Assembly: GCA_030141605.1 (NCBI GenBank)
Contig: JAQGDQ010000199.1
Span: 272,783-336,782 of the forward strand
Direction of reading: 5' to 3'
DNA from: Tubiluchus corallicola
Taxonomy: Eukaryota; Animalia; Priapulida
Length of the DNA stretch: 64,000 nt
This document shows, one piece after another, positions 1 through 38,699 of the stretch. How positions within the stretch are numbered: position 1 is the first letter of the stretch; each line of letters begins with the position of its first letter. The notes under the pieces were generated by a model that worked only from the letters and a program-made list of their open reading frames with translations, was not told the DNA's origin and made no database searches. The translations under genes were made by a program, and so were the position numbers.

Positions 1-842
1 CTTAGTGAAACCAGTCCAGTATTAGATTAATGTTTTGTAAATTTGAAAAGTCATGAAAACATTTTTGGCTGAATAATTTGCAGAGGTGACATGCTGGAAA
101 TTTATAAAAAGTGTCACACTGCTGACACTTTTATTTCTTTGACGTTTTGTAACCTGTTGCTGTAGAAATAGCTGCCATCAGACTACGAACAGCTTTAATA
201 GTATAATAAACTCAATACTTCTATTATTGTCGCACAGTTTTCAAGAGATTAGACTGCAGTTGGAAAATCATATTTTAATCAGCAAAACACGAGGAATTTT
301 TCTTCAATGAGAGGGGACTAATTCTAACTGATATATGTTTCAGTGCTACCGTGAATTTAGACACCCTCAGTACTTATTGGTTAGCTGAACTTCAGTAAGG
401 ATCATTTAGAAAACAACTATTGTAAGGTAGTCAGGTTTCAAGTAGTCTCTGTAAGTAGCCATAATGAAGCTTATGCGCTTAGGTCCTATATAATCTTGGT
501 GTGCATATTCGATAACAGGTGCTAAATCATCTTAGCAGCGTATCATCACCAAGGTCGAGATTCTTCCTATTTCTTCCTTTGTTTATGTGTGAAGAATCTA
601 TTAAGAGACGAAAACAGGTGCTGCAGAGACAAAAATGGGTGTTGTAAATTAAGAATTGTTGGTGATTAATATCATTAATGGTAGAATTTAAATTACACTG
701 TAGTTATTCAACTCTAGTTACAGAGGTACTAAAATCTGTAGGACAATTGGTACTTTATAAAAAGTTGCTAATTTAGTGAAACAAAATAAATGTTACAGGC
801 TAAATATAACAAAAATAAAATAAAAAATGTAATGATTTTTAC

Positions 843-3800
843 CTCCGACTTCGTATATAGCTTGGGCATATGTATTGTCAGTACCCCAAAAATCACCCTG
901 GAGTTCCACATTCTCACGACACGGCCCTTCAGGAACATCCTGTCCTTCAAATTTGGCTCCACAATTACAGTTATTACCCGAAGGAGTAGTTTTTGTAGCA
1001 GCAAATCTGTTTGTTCCTATGCAATATCTCATGCAGTCAGAAACATTGGCAGCATAAGTGGTAAGTGGTGTGCCAAAATTCCAACATCCACGAAACTCGT
1101 GACGTGCAGTCTGAAAAACTAAGATGATACTTTTATTTATTCATTTTACTGTGCTCGTCCCAGCCTATAGTTAAACTTGTCATATGGACAACGTCTTAAC
1201 CATCTTGAACACTGGTCTTATTCATTAAAGATAAGTTCTGGAATGTGCATAAGAGGGTGATCACTGATTACCTAAAGGCTAGCAACAGCTTCCTATTGTC
1301 ATGAATTGTGTAAGTGTTGAGCATTTTACGTGAAAGAAGATCGTTTTTGTCTGCTGTATAGCTTGAGATTTCTTGCATGAGATGTGTTGAAATAACTATT
1401 ATAAAAAATTTTATTAGTTCATTGTAAACTCTAACTATCTGGGATACCAATTTCTTCTGGTTTCATGCTCTTGACAGTGTGGTGCCAACAACACATGAGA
1501 CACAATATTGTAGTGCGGACAAATGGCTGGAGCTAGAACTAACATAATAATCACTGAACTTCCACTAGAGTCTAGACATTTCAAAATTACTTTTATAACC
1601 TTTATAAGCCCTGCACGACTGAACGTACAAAAGGTGGCAAAATGGCGAAAAGTTAATTTGTTGAAATTTAAACTAATTTAAATCTATCCTGGTTGTGGGT
1701 AAGCCGTGTTGTCACTCACTCAATCACTCGTTTGCTCGCTCGCTCACTCACTCACTCACTCACTCACTCACTCACTCACTCACTCACTCACTCACTCACT
1801 CACTCACTCACTCACTCACTCACTCACTCACTCCCTCACTCACTCACTCACTCACTCACTCACTCACTCACTCACTCACTCACTCACTCACTCACTCACT
1901 CACTCACTCACTCACTCACTCACTCACTCACTCACTCACTCACTCACTCACTCACTCACTCACTCACTCACTAACTCACACACTCACTCGCTTACTTAAT
2001 GAAAGGATGCTGATTAGCAATTAACACTAGCTACTGGGTACGTTGAAAACATTCTTAAAAAAATTAAAACCGGAAAATATTTTTGTGTATTACTTTGTTT
2101 AGACTCTTTCTCGCAGTTTTTTTCACAAACAATACGTCTTTGCCTTAGGCGGTCTTTGGGTCATTGTAACAGTTCACTGGTACCAAGCAGCAGTTTTACT
2201 GCGTCTAATGCAAGAGTGGAATATTCCATTACGCTTAGAGACGCTCCTGAACCAACCACGGGATTGGTAACTGAGCGCTCACTGACATCATGCAAACGTC
2301 ATAATATATTTTATTGAAGAAGTTTTTACCACATTTCTATTTTCGGAGAACGATGCGCATTTGTAATGTATTATTATTATGATTATGATTAATGTAAGCA
2401 GAATGTTAACAACATTTTAATGCATGTTAGGTTAATATGTTACACAAAGATTTTAGTTATTACGTTACATCGAGATTATAATAGAAATCTCATATTTTTG
2501 CTGCATGATAAGTGATCTTCAGATTCTGTCTTTTGTACTTTTCTGTACTAAAGGCAACGAACTTAATAAGTAGTTTTACAAATGCAGAGTTTGTAAGACA
2601 TTGTTTGTGTATGTGAGCTGATTAGTAGAGCAATTCGCAGTTTCCCTAAAATTAACAGACTTACGAAGTGTGTTATAAACAGCATTGAAGTCTTCACCAT
2701 TTCCGCAATTGTATCCATTTTGACTTCCACATCCCTGACAAGAGCTGCTGTTTGTTTCCCCGAATTCTCCGTATTTGTTTCCACAACGACATATTATTTT
2801 GCTCTGTGGTGCAGATTGTGATGATAACCCAGCGTATGGATAACTTTCTTCTATGCAAGCGTCTATGCAGTCTTCTGGCTCATCTTTGTTAGCAAGCTGG
2901 ATTGGCAAATCTTGATTGCCCTCGTGTTTTGCATTAAAGCATCCTTCATATTCATATGTCTGTGCAAACAGCACACAAACAGCTGGAAATATAACAAACT
3001 ATAAAAATTAATACATAGATGGATTATATACCAGAATACCAGATATGATTCTTAGCATCCAGTCTGCCTCATATCAAGTCTCCACGTGCCGCCTATTAAT
3101 CTCAAGAGAGAGTAAAGCATTTACTCTGACTTACAAATTGTGACTAAAATAATATAGACTTATAAACTCTTTCTTGAAACTCGTTAAAATTACTTTTTAA
3201 TTGCATAGAATTAGCCTTGCCAGAGAAATTCTCAGCAAATTTCACGGCAAAAAACTTTTAACTATTACTGTTCTATGGCAACTTTCGTTGACGAACTTAT
3301 TTTGACAATTTCTCTCAAATGATAAAAAAACTAATACAATCTCTTCGCATTGATTTTGTGTGAATTTTTTTTGAAAATTATCCGTAAAGTTAAAAAAAAT
3401 TAAAATACGTAAAATTGTTTTGAACAGGTTTAGTGTGACTGTTAACTGATTATGGTTAACCTAAAATGGAACTTGCGTTTTATTGCTGAAAGGAACAGTT
3501 ATTATGATAGGTTCTTGCGAAAACTCCAAATAATTATGATCTCATTTAGCCTTAACATTTCACACTTAAACATATTCTTTAGGTAATTTATTCCACGATA
3601 TCATTCATGAAATTACAAAATTGTACCAGTTATTCATAGGCCTTTATATTACACCTGTCGGGAAATCGCATATATATTTCCCGAAGATAAATTTCATTTT
3701 ATGTGTCTATAAAATCCCCCCCCTAAATTCTCTAGCATTTTTTCAAGTTCATGAATTTTCCTTTAGCCACAGTCTTATAATATAGCCTTGAATGTTAAAC

Positions 3801-4695
3801 TCAGATTTGCCCTTAGACTAGGTCTGTAGGTAGTTTCATACCATACAAGTATGGATTGCATGAAGCCCACTATTTAGATTAATTTATGAAGGAAAAGTTT
3901 ATATAAGGCCACTCGACATGAGCAACAAGGACGATTTTCTTAGCTTTCACTGGCTAACAGAGCAAGTCCCTCTGTATAGGCCTGTAGTGCTAAATTACAG
4001 ATAAAATTATGGTGCACCTATCTTGAATTTATCTTATGCCTTATAAGGTGATTATTGTGCTTTAGTGCATTGTGCTATATGTGATAATATGCTATTCATG
4101 TAATTGCTAATATGTAAGTAAACATTTATGATAGTTAACTAACAAGATATATTTGTGAAATTTGTAATGTGAGGATCAAACTATAGCTTGTGAAGTATGT
4201 ATTATCAATGAATTGAATGAATAATTATTTGTTTTGTTGTGGCCACATTTTAGTCAAATTTTGCTTGTTTTTTATTCTTGGTTTGTGAACATTTGAAATA
4301 GGAAGAACGAATGACTAAATAAAAATGATTAAATGTTCAAAGTAGTGAGACACAAACAATTAAAGAAATACATATCGTGGTTTACTTTAAAAATGGATAA
4401 TCGCATAACCCTATCTTAACGACAATCATAAAAAGATTTCTGACAGTTTCAGTCCTGTTACAAATAGATAACCAGGTTAATGTACCATAGGTTTCTCCCC
4501 TGAGCTTTATTAACATAAATGTCATATACAATAAAACAAATTTTCGATAACACCAGTCTGATCTGTGCTGTGTATTCCTGTAACAATCTAACACAGAATT
4601 TATATCATAAATGTAGAAATGTTTTACTCATGAGCTGAATTGTTGCTTTACTTACCTGTTATTGTAATCAGAAATAAACACGTCCGGATTTTCAT
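843..4695 (-). CDS. Tandem paralog of the WSC-PTP receptor, 5' part (exons 4656-4695, 2665-2982, 843-1118; continues off the left edge)
   Basis: Same signal-peptide exon and WSC1/WSC2 exons, open frames, intact splice sites, only in-frame indels. Confidence 0.85.
1740..1973. repeat. (CACT)n microsatellite
   Basis: Direct reading; one variant unit near 1833. Confidence 0.97.
3656..4549 (+). mobile_element. Probable solo LTR inserted in paralog intron 1
   Basis: Absent from the other copy (about 33080); flanked by acacc direct repeats; ends tgtcgggaaa...ttttcgata; AATAAA near 4530. Confidence 0.5.
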
Positions 4696-5991
4696 TTCGT
4701 ATGTTTATGTTTCCACAATCTGTTTACATCCAATAAGCACTTCAAAGTTTTTATTTTAGTATTTGAACCTTTGACGTGTTGAAGTTTCTAGGGGTTTTCT
4801 CGTTGTTATACTGAACTATATGGATTCATAAATTTACGATTTATACATTGCAGAAACCAATTTTTGCACAAATATATATATATATAGTTTGGCAATGAGT
4901 TTTTGAAGCAAATGCTGTACATTTATAGTAAAATTTAACTTATGTAACAGACACGCTAAACTATGCAAACACGTTCACCAATGCACCCGTTGTAGCGGGG
5001 GGGATATATTGGATATTTATGGATATACTGTGTGTTTGATTTATTGCGTTCAAAGTTCCTTGATAACACGCAGCAACTAAATTTGATACCAAAATTTCCC
5101 ATTTCGACACAATGCAACTCGGACAGAACAAGGTTTTAGGAAATAAATTCTCTGTTTTTTAATATTTTTTTGATACTCGTTATTCCACAGCGTGTTCAAT
5201 TTAACTCCATAAGTTTGGTGACGCAAAGATCTAGACGCACTTTTAAAACGTACAGTATTAAATATTAAGTGTGACATAGGCAACTTTTAATGTTGCCTTT
5301 AACTGCTCAGAACAGAAAATAATCTCCACTTCTGATTCACCATGAAAGGTGACTAGATTGTGTTTACTTGCCTTGATGGCAAATGTCCTCTGCATTTTAA
5401 TACTTTGTCTGTCCAGTCTATAAGACGCAAGGGGCGTTTGATGATGACCATTGCATTTATGTTTTAATGCTTTATTATAATTATTAAAATTAAATAACAA
5501 TCAAAGTGTAAAGTGAGTTAAAAAAGCAGTCGAATTAACAGCAAATAAGTATTTAATTGACAGTCTTAGGCTAGTTGCAGTTAGGCTCTCCAAGTTAGGC
5601 CTAATTTTTGTGATAATTTATTTTTCACTTGATTGTCTCTCTGAAAATTATGCTGTAGAATTTCTTACTTATAAAACCAGAAGCATTTATAAAAGAAAAC
5701 GGGAAAGTTTACAACATTTTGCTAAATGAATAGTCTCTAGATACGCGGAGAGATGTAGTCTTTCAAATGCATTATGATTTCTACCTTTACACGAGTTTGT
5801 GTCAAATTTGTTTGTTTTTTGATATGAACAAGGAAGTTTTCACTAGGGCTGATACATGCAACATGAACTTTGATATTTACATAAACGTACAACAATTTTA
5901 CAGCAATCAATGTCATTGATTCCATTTTAATCAACGAAATTAATTAAGACACCTGTTAAGGTGTACACCACATATTTTATATTCATCAGAT

Positions 5992-6140
5992 GGCCAATTG
6001 GTACATCACGATCCAGGTCGTCTGGATTCAAATCCCACTCATGTGCGAATCTTTCCAACCATGTTCCACTTGAATAGGAGTTTCTAGAGAAGATGGTCAT
6101 ACGTTGGAGGAAGAAAGGTGCCCGAATGACGGATTAACAC
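5992..6140 (+). mobile_element. tRNA-derived SINE-like repeat
   Basis: A-box-like tggccaattgg and B-box-like gattcaaatcc; related copies at about 34845-34905 and 35290-35455. Confidence 0.45.
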
Positions 6141-6153
6141 GAAAACACGATAA

Positions 6154-6193
<40 letters not shown>

Positions 6194-8195
6194 CGTAATT
6201 ATTTATTCCCACTCCATTAGGCATCCAACAATCATTTTGTCAATGGAATAACAAATGTCCGGGAAATGTGGAGAATTGTCACAGGTCAAGTTCTCAGTTA
6301 AGGTGAGAATTTTTGTGTGAGAAAATCGTTTTTGATACAACAAAAGATTGTAAATTTGCAATTATTAGAGCAGAAAAGGTAAAACTAAACAACGAAAACT
6401 AATGAATTTGAGTGAATTTGAGAAGTGTTTATTTTATACAAAGAACATTGTTCAAGAAGATCATTACCGTTAGATCCAGTACATGGATACAATTCAACGA
6501 TAACCATTACCTACTAAATGCTCTATAATGAGCAAAGATGGCTACGTCAGTACGACAATGACTCCATTCGTTTTTTTGTACACAACTCATCCGGAATGTA
6601 AAGTTTTGGTTACTTGCTTTTTTAGTTTTTTGTGCCAGGATATGTCGTTTAAACACTATTAAACTTTACCATTGTCATGAATCCGGTTTTATATTATAAT
6701 TAACGTTATTTCGCGGAAACTCGTCGGGAAAAAACAAATAATTAAAATTTATGCTTGTAATTTCAAGTAAATTAATTGGCGGGCAAATATTTTCCCATGT
6801 TAGTTAACGTTCAGCTTGCAATAGTATTGGTAGATAATACCTTTCTACCAATATTGGTAGATATTTCAACAGGGTTCTGAAGCCAGATATTTCAACAGGG
6901 TTCTGAAGCCAGACATTGTAATACAATTCGTCACTTAAATGTGGCACTGGCCGCACTGTCCTAGTTAGAAGTGAAACAGTGTATTATGAAAGAATCCTAG
7001 GTAATGAACGATAATGTTAATTGTGTAATTGAGGTACTATCGTGTATGTGACGCACGTCTTATTACAATGTTTTTGACAATTAACGAACCAATTTGATCA
7101 ATGGATATTTTAATACGAAACCACATTTAATGACTGGAATGATCTAGGTAAGTTTAATTATTTAATGGGAAAGCCTGAGAATGTAAAATTACTGCCAAAG
7201 TTTGGTTTGAGATGCTGGAAAAATGGAGAATACTAATGTATAGATGAAATATAGGTGAAACACTAATTATTTTATTAGTTTTGTCATTTATGTGGTCTTT
7301 TGCATTTTATAACAATTTATTTCCTGGTTTTAGTACATCTAAAATTGCACTATGTCACCTTTTTATTTTTGTTTTATTTTAATTATGTGAAATTTTGGTC
7401 TCTTGTAGCTCAAAGTTGAGATCCTATTTACTGCCGTTGTGCTATATGTACTTGAATGTTTTACAGATAAGACGAAAATATATTGTATCTAATTTAAATA
7501 AATTTTCCAGCAATCACGTGTGGGAGGGTGCCATAATTGACGGTGTAAGTCGTTCTAATCCATTGCAAGCCATTGAGCTGCAGCCTGTAAATTTTAATTG
7601 CCTTTCTTGGAATCTTCTGAATTATGTTAATGAGATATTTTCCATGTGACTGTAAACATCTCTGCTGTTATTCGCGTTGTCATGGTATTTGTCATCTTCT
7701 TTAGTGTTTAAACTTAAACTCTATGATGATTATGATATTAAAACTTTGCTTGGCATAATAGAAATATACACACAATGCCTCCTTTTGCAGGGAAATTTAG
7801 CACAGATGCTAGCATTTTATATGCCTAACTGACACATGTTGAAGCTAACTATTAATCATGTTTTAAAATCACAATCATTGTATCTTACAATTTTAATTAT
7901 AATGCACACCATCATTATACCTGTATTTATTTTAATATATCTGAGTATGAAAATCAGTAATGGTAAATTCACCGTTACTGACAGCTTTTAATTTGTGCGG
8001 TTACTTAGTCAACTTGATTGTTAATTAATCAAATTAAATCATATAATTTATTTTTATCCCAATAAGTATAAATTAAATTATCAAACAAATGTGAATGGGT
8101 GGCGAAAGACATCAGTTATCAAATCAGCCACCGAAACTGAGTATTGGACTAGTCAGTTATTAAAAATAACTGAGCATTAATTGAAATTATTAAAT

Positions 8196-33230
<25,035 letters not shown>

Positions 33231-34579
33231 TTCCTATATTTATGTTTCACTATCCGTTTATATCCAATATGCACTTCAAAGTTTTTATTTTAGTATTTGA
33301 ACTTTAAAAGTTCGTTCGTTTTTCTTTTGGCATTCAGTATTGACATGTTAAATTGGTTTTCGCATTGTTATACTGAATTGTATAGATTCACAAATTTACG
33401 AATCATGTTAAGAAATTATGATACATAGTTTTTGCACACACACATATATAAATAGCTTGGCAATGACAACCTGAGGTAAATGCTCTATCTTTACTGTATA
33501 ATTTTAACACACACGATAAAGTATGCAAACACGGTCGCCAATACACCCGTTGTAGCATTTATGGATTCAGTATTTGTTTGATTTGGTTCAAAGTTCCTTG
33601 ATAATACTCAGCCGTTATAAACTTCCCACTTTGGCACATCGTACCCCTGAGAGTGCTCCACATTGCTGAGATAAAACAAATTCTATATTTTTTATTCTGT
33701 TTTGAATATTCTTTATTTCATTGTGTGAACAAATTTACTTCCTAAGATTGGTGACACAAATACCACGACACACTTTTAAAACGTACTATACTAAATAGCT
33801 TAATAGTGAGTGTGACATCAGCAAGTCTTAATTTTGCCTTTAACTGCTCAGGAAAGAAAATAATCTCCACTTCAGATTCACCATGAAAAGTGACTAGATT
33901 GTGTTTACTTGCCTTGATGGCAAATGTCCTCTGCATTTTAATACTTTGTCTGTCCAGTCTATAAGACGCAAGGGGCGTTTGATGATGACCATTGCATTTA
34001 TCTTTTAATGCTTTACTATAATTATTAAAATTAAATAACAATCAAAGTGTAAAGTGAGTTAAAAAACCAGTCGAATTAACAGCAAATAAGTATTTAATTG
34101 AGTGTGTTAATTTGCAGTTAGGTTCTTCTATTTAAACATAACTTTTGCAAGAAAATGATAATTTATTTTTCCTTTCATTTGTCACTCTGAAAATTTTGCT
34201 GTGGAATTTCTTGCTTGGAAAACCAGAAATATTTATAAAAGGAAAAAAGGAAAGTTTACAATATTTTGCTAATTTAATGGTCTGCTTGATACGTGGAGTG
34301 GTGTACTTTTGACCAGTCTTCCGAATGCATAAACGATTTCTAACTTTATACGAGTCTGTGACAAATTTGTTTGTTTTTTGATATGAAAAAGGAAGTTCTT
34401 TCTACAGCTGATACATGCAACATAAACTTTGATATTTACATAAACTTTTCTTTGCTGATGATTTTCTGTGATGGACGGATACAGAATAATTATGACAATT
34501 CATTTGCTGAAGTCGAGCAGTAATACTAAAACAATGCTGAATAAAATGAAATGTTATAAGAAAAGACTTTGTAGACTTT

Positions 34580-35360
34580 AATGAGTGATTCACTGACATA
34601 AGTGGCACAGTATTGTAAATAAAGTGATTGGGATTCCCCACTGATATAAGAAATGATATCAATTTTACAGCATTCGGCGTCATTGATTCTCTCTGAATTA
34701 ACAAAATTAATTAGGCCGTCTGTTAGTGGTTAAAGTGTACGTAATAAATTCTATATTCATCAATAATTAAGTTAACTAAAGGACAAATCAAGTTTTGTTA
34801 GACAAATGTTTGGCCAAATGTGAGGATTTTTAGAATAGCGGGCACGGGTGGCCAACTGGTACGTCACTTGGTTGCGGATCCAGGTGTCCTGGATTCAAAT
34901 CCCAGTATTTTCTAGAGTCTAAATAAAGTCATGCTAAATAAAAACATTTTAGAAGAAAATACTTTGAAAACTTTGGTTAGATGTTCACTGACATAAGTGC
35001 AACAGTATTGTGAATAAAGTGATTGGGATTTTCCTGCTGGTATGAGAATTTACAGCAATCGACGTCACTGATTCCATTTTAATCTATGAAATTAATTAGG
35101 CAGCCTGTTAGTGGTTAATGTGTATTTTATTATTATTATAGAATGTATAATAATATTCTACATTCATCAATGATTAGGTTAACCAAAGCACCAGTCAAGT
35201 TTCTGTTTTTTTGCTAGATAACTATGCGGTCTTACTGTTAGGTTTTCTAGTACAAATTTAAAAGGATTTTCTTTTGTTTGACACACATCTGGGCTCGGTG
35301 GTCAATTGGTACGTCTCTTGGCTGCCGATCTAGGTCTTCGTGATTTAAATCCCATTCATG
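34580..35360. repeat. Diverged approx. 400-bp tandem duplication upstream of the receptor gene
   Basis: ttcactgacataagtg...gtgattgggatt...ctgttagtggttaa...SINE occurs at about 34590 and about 34984. Confidence 0.65.
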
Positions 35361-36037
35361 TGGGAAATTTTCGAGCTATTTCAACTCGAATGGGACATTT
35401 TAGAGTACATAGTCATGTACTGGAGGAAGAAAGGTGGCCAGGTGATGGATTAACCACGTATTTTCTTCGTGTGCCGAAAATATAGATGCCGTAACCATTT
35501 ATCCCTGCTGCATTAATCTTGAAACAATTCTTCTTATTTAAGTTGACAAGTTAATAGCAAATTGGTTTTTGATACAACAAAAGATTGTTAGTATGCAATT
35601 GTTGGAGCAGGAAGTAAAATTAAACAGTAACAAAAACTATTGAATTTGAGTGAATCTCAGAAGAGTATATAAAGAACAACAAGAGCCTTACCGTCGCCGT
35701 TGAACAACAGTGACTGGTTTTAACTCACTAATAACAGTTACCTACTATATGCTCTATAATCACGTAGTCAGCAAAGATGGCTGCTTCAGAACAACAATGA
35801 CTCCATTCCTTTTTTTGTATGCAAATAATCCGGAATGTAAGGTTTTTAGTTTTTAGTTTTTTTGTGCCCAACTGCCTGGATATGTCGTTTCAGTGAAGCA
35901 CTATTTCTCGTCGTAAATGAATCCGCTTTTTTAGTATTTTTTGTGCCCAACTGCCGGATATGTCGTTTCAGTGAAACACTATTTCCCGTTGTAAATGAAC
36001 CCGCTTTTATATTATCATTTACGTTGATTCATGGAAG

Positions 36038-36290
36038 TCCTCTCTCCTCCTGTCTGACTTCTTTCCTCCATCGCTCTCTACATCTCTTTCTCTCTTTCCC
36101 ACACTCTTTCTCATCTCTCACGTTCCTCTCTTTTCTCTCTCTCTGTCTTTTTGTCTGTGTCTCTCTCCCTCTCTCGCCCCCTTCTTCTCTTTTCTCTAGC
36201 TGGCTCTTTCTCTCTCTCTCCTCCCTTTTATCACTCCCCCTCTAATCTCTCTTTCTCATTCTTTTCTCTCTCTTTTTTCTCATCTCTTTG
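36038..36290. repeat. CT-rich low-complexity tract
   Basis: Direct reading; lies where similarity to the left copy ends. Confidence 0.85.
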
Positions 36291-37538
36291 CTCCGCCACA
36301 TTCGCTCTAGTTCTGCGATACTTTGCCCTGGGGAATTCAATATTAAACTCTTAAAAGCACATGCGTGTATTTAGAATGCATTATTGTCTACCTCGCAGTG
36401 AGAAAATAGTAAAGTTTGTATTATTTGAACAACAAGGACAACACAGCAAACTGATCTGTTCTAACCGCACATTCAGACTAGCGAATTTTCTATAGCCAGT
36501 TTTTCCTCTGACAGTCTTCACTTTATTAGTGTCTGATTTTACTAGGCAGCACTTATGATATCACTTTGCAAGACCAAGACAAACAACTAGGAACTGTACT
36601 ATATATTTCCAGAAAGTTTCCAGGGATTTCTAGGTCAATCAGCCGGAGTTTATTGGAATTTAAAAACGATGTCAAATTAAACTGCCACAAAATATATTAT
36701 AAAATATTGCTGCCCTTAAAATAAAAAATGTAAAATACAGAGAAAGTGCCAGTATGCTTGCCTCAGTATTGGAAGCTTAATGTAGCATAAGTCCTTAGCG
36801 AGTGAAGTTCAACAAAATAAAGCACGAGTATTAAAAGGATGGGTGACTGATGATTTCATTTACAGTAATTTTTTCTCGAAAAAGAAAACTTCTCATGGCG
36901 TTCGTACTCGTCGAGTGGACAGGGGCTTTGCTAAAAAGAGCATTAAAATGCCATATTGACCATATCGACTGTACTCAAGCCGTACTCATGCTGTGCTTAA
37001 GCAAAAAATAAAAAAAAAACGTTTGATAAATATTGCAAAATCCTGTAATGACAGGGGTACAATTGCAATGCAGTGGAACAATTCCAGAGTTTACAATTTC
37101 CATCTTACTAAATATGTAAACTTGAAATTTCGAATTTTAATTTTAACGATTAATTTCAGTCACATTGAATTCGACCAAACTCCTACCACGAATTGACGCA
37201 AGGTACTTTGGACCATGTCAGCTCTACGGATTGAAAAAATAGACCTACTTCATAGTCATGTTTCATGGTTTTTCAATGCGGTACAACATATCCATTCTAC
37301 GTAAGAAGTCCTAAATAAAACATTACAATACGTTGTTGCACGTCATAGTTTTGCAAAGTCTTAAATTAAATCATACTCGCATTTCTGCATGCTTGATTCT
37401 TTGCTGTGCACTTTCTGCAAGTATTTTGTATCCTTTTGCTGCTACATATTTTTGATTTTCCCTGTTTGATTTTGATTGTTCTGCTGAGAAGAGCGAACGT
37501 AATCTTTGGCTGTGCAGTTAGCTCAACAATGGCCACAC

Positions 37539-38099
37539 TATAGGTTTACACGTCAAATGCAGACACAGGAAAGTTCAAATGTGACTTAGGTATGTCAATT
37601 GTAGACACAGGAATTTCGAATGTGTTTTGGTAACTCAAATGTGACTTAGGTATGTCAATTGTAGACACAGGAATTTCGAATGTGTTTTGGTAACTCAAAT
37701 GTGACTTAGGTAAGTCAAATGTAGATGCATTACTTTGAATAAATCGGTAATTAAGTTATTTAAGTGCAAATTAGAAAAAGATAAACCAAAGCTAGTGCAT
37801 CTATTAGTAGGCCTATAACGTTGTTATTTTAACTTAGGAGCAATTATTAAATTGAAATTAAAGAAGATTAAATTTAACATCCTTAAACTTTAACACCTAT
37901 CCACATTTGAGATACCAATGTCACATTTGACTTGACATGTGTCTACATTTGACTTACAAAAGCGCTCAAGATTTGTTGAAAACCATTGTTAACACATTTG
38001 AACTACCTAAATCTACATTTGAGTTACCAAGACACATTTGAATTACCTAAATCTACATTTGAGTTAACGCAGGTCTACATTTGACATGTAAAACCTATA
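37539..38099. mobile_element. TA-flanked MITE/foldback element with subterminal tandem repeats
   Basis: TIRs tataggtttacacgtcaaatgcagac / gtctacatttgacatgtaaaacctata; internal 60-bp and about 40-bp repeats. Confidence 0.7.
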
Positions 38100-38699
38100 A
38101 ATAATGAGAATTTCATTTGAAATATCGTTAAAGAAGCATGGAAAACAGATTCTTAGTTAAAGACGTTTAAGTACATGTCTGCAAATGAAGACAGCTTCAT
38201 CAAAATTAACAATTTTCTTAAGACGGCCGATAGATGGCGTGTCAACTTCAACTTAATTATTTTTGCGTTAATATTTTTATTTAATCACAAAGGTGTGAAA
38301 TGTTGATGTCGTTGAGGCACCTTCATAGTGATAAAGGTTTTTGTATTTTGCTATCACATGAACAGTGGTTCCATAGAAAATTCTTCAGCTATCACACGCG
38401 CTAGGGCGCACGGAAGAGAAAAAATTCCTATTACTTTAGGTAAACGAATTCAATGTACCACGAGGAGACTAGATCTACAAGCCTTTTATTCCAGTGTTTA
38501 TGTTTTGCCTTGCAAAAGGGTAAAGGGATAAGCGTTATGGGAACAATCCCTCCATTTGAAAAGCTTGAAGAAATATATGAATGCAATAATAATTTGTACT
38601 TGTTTGCAGTTTACATAAAAACGGACAGCCTAACTGCTTGTGGCGTGTTAGAAAATAATACGTGCTGTAGATATATTATATTACAATAAGGGTAATAAG

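Larger units (their letters stand above)
1..6720. repeat. Segmental tandem duplication of about 29032-36035
   Basis: Collinear similarity of introns, exons, the (CACT)n tract and upstream DNA; position 1 aligns to 29032. Confidence 0.92.

Noticed and set aside
1693-2024. SLTH-repeat ORFs (also 30595-31295)
   Set aside because: Translations of the (CACT)n microsatellite, which is open in all plus frames.
2120-2280. Minus-strand frame with an in-frame TGA in both paralogs (selenocysteine or extra WSC exon?)
   Set aside because: No WSC Cys pattern, no suitable splice sites, no SECIS evidence; the gene is in phase without it.
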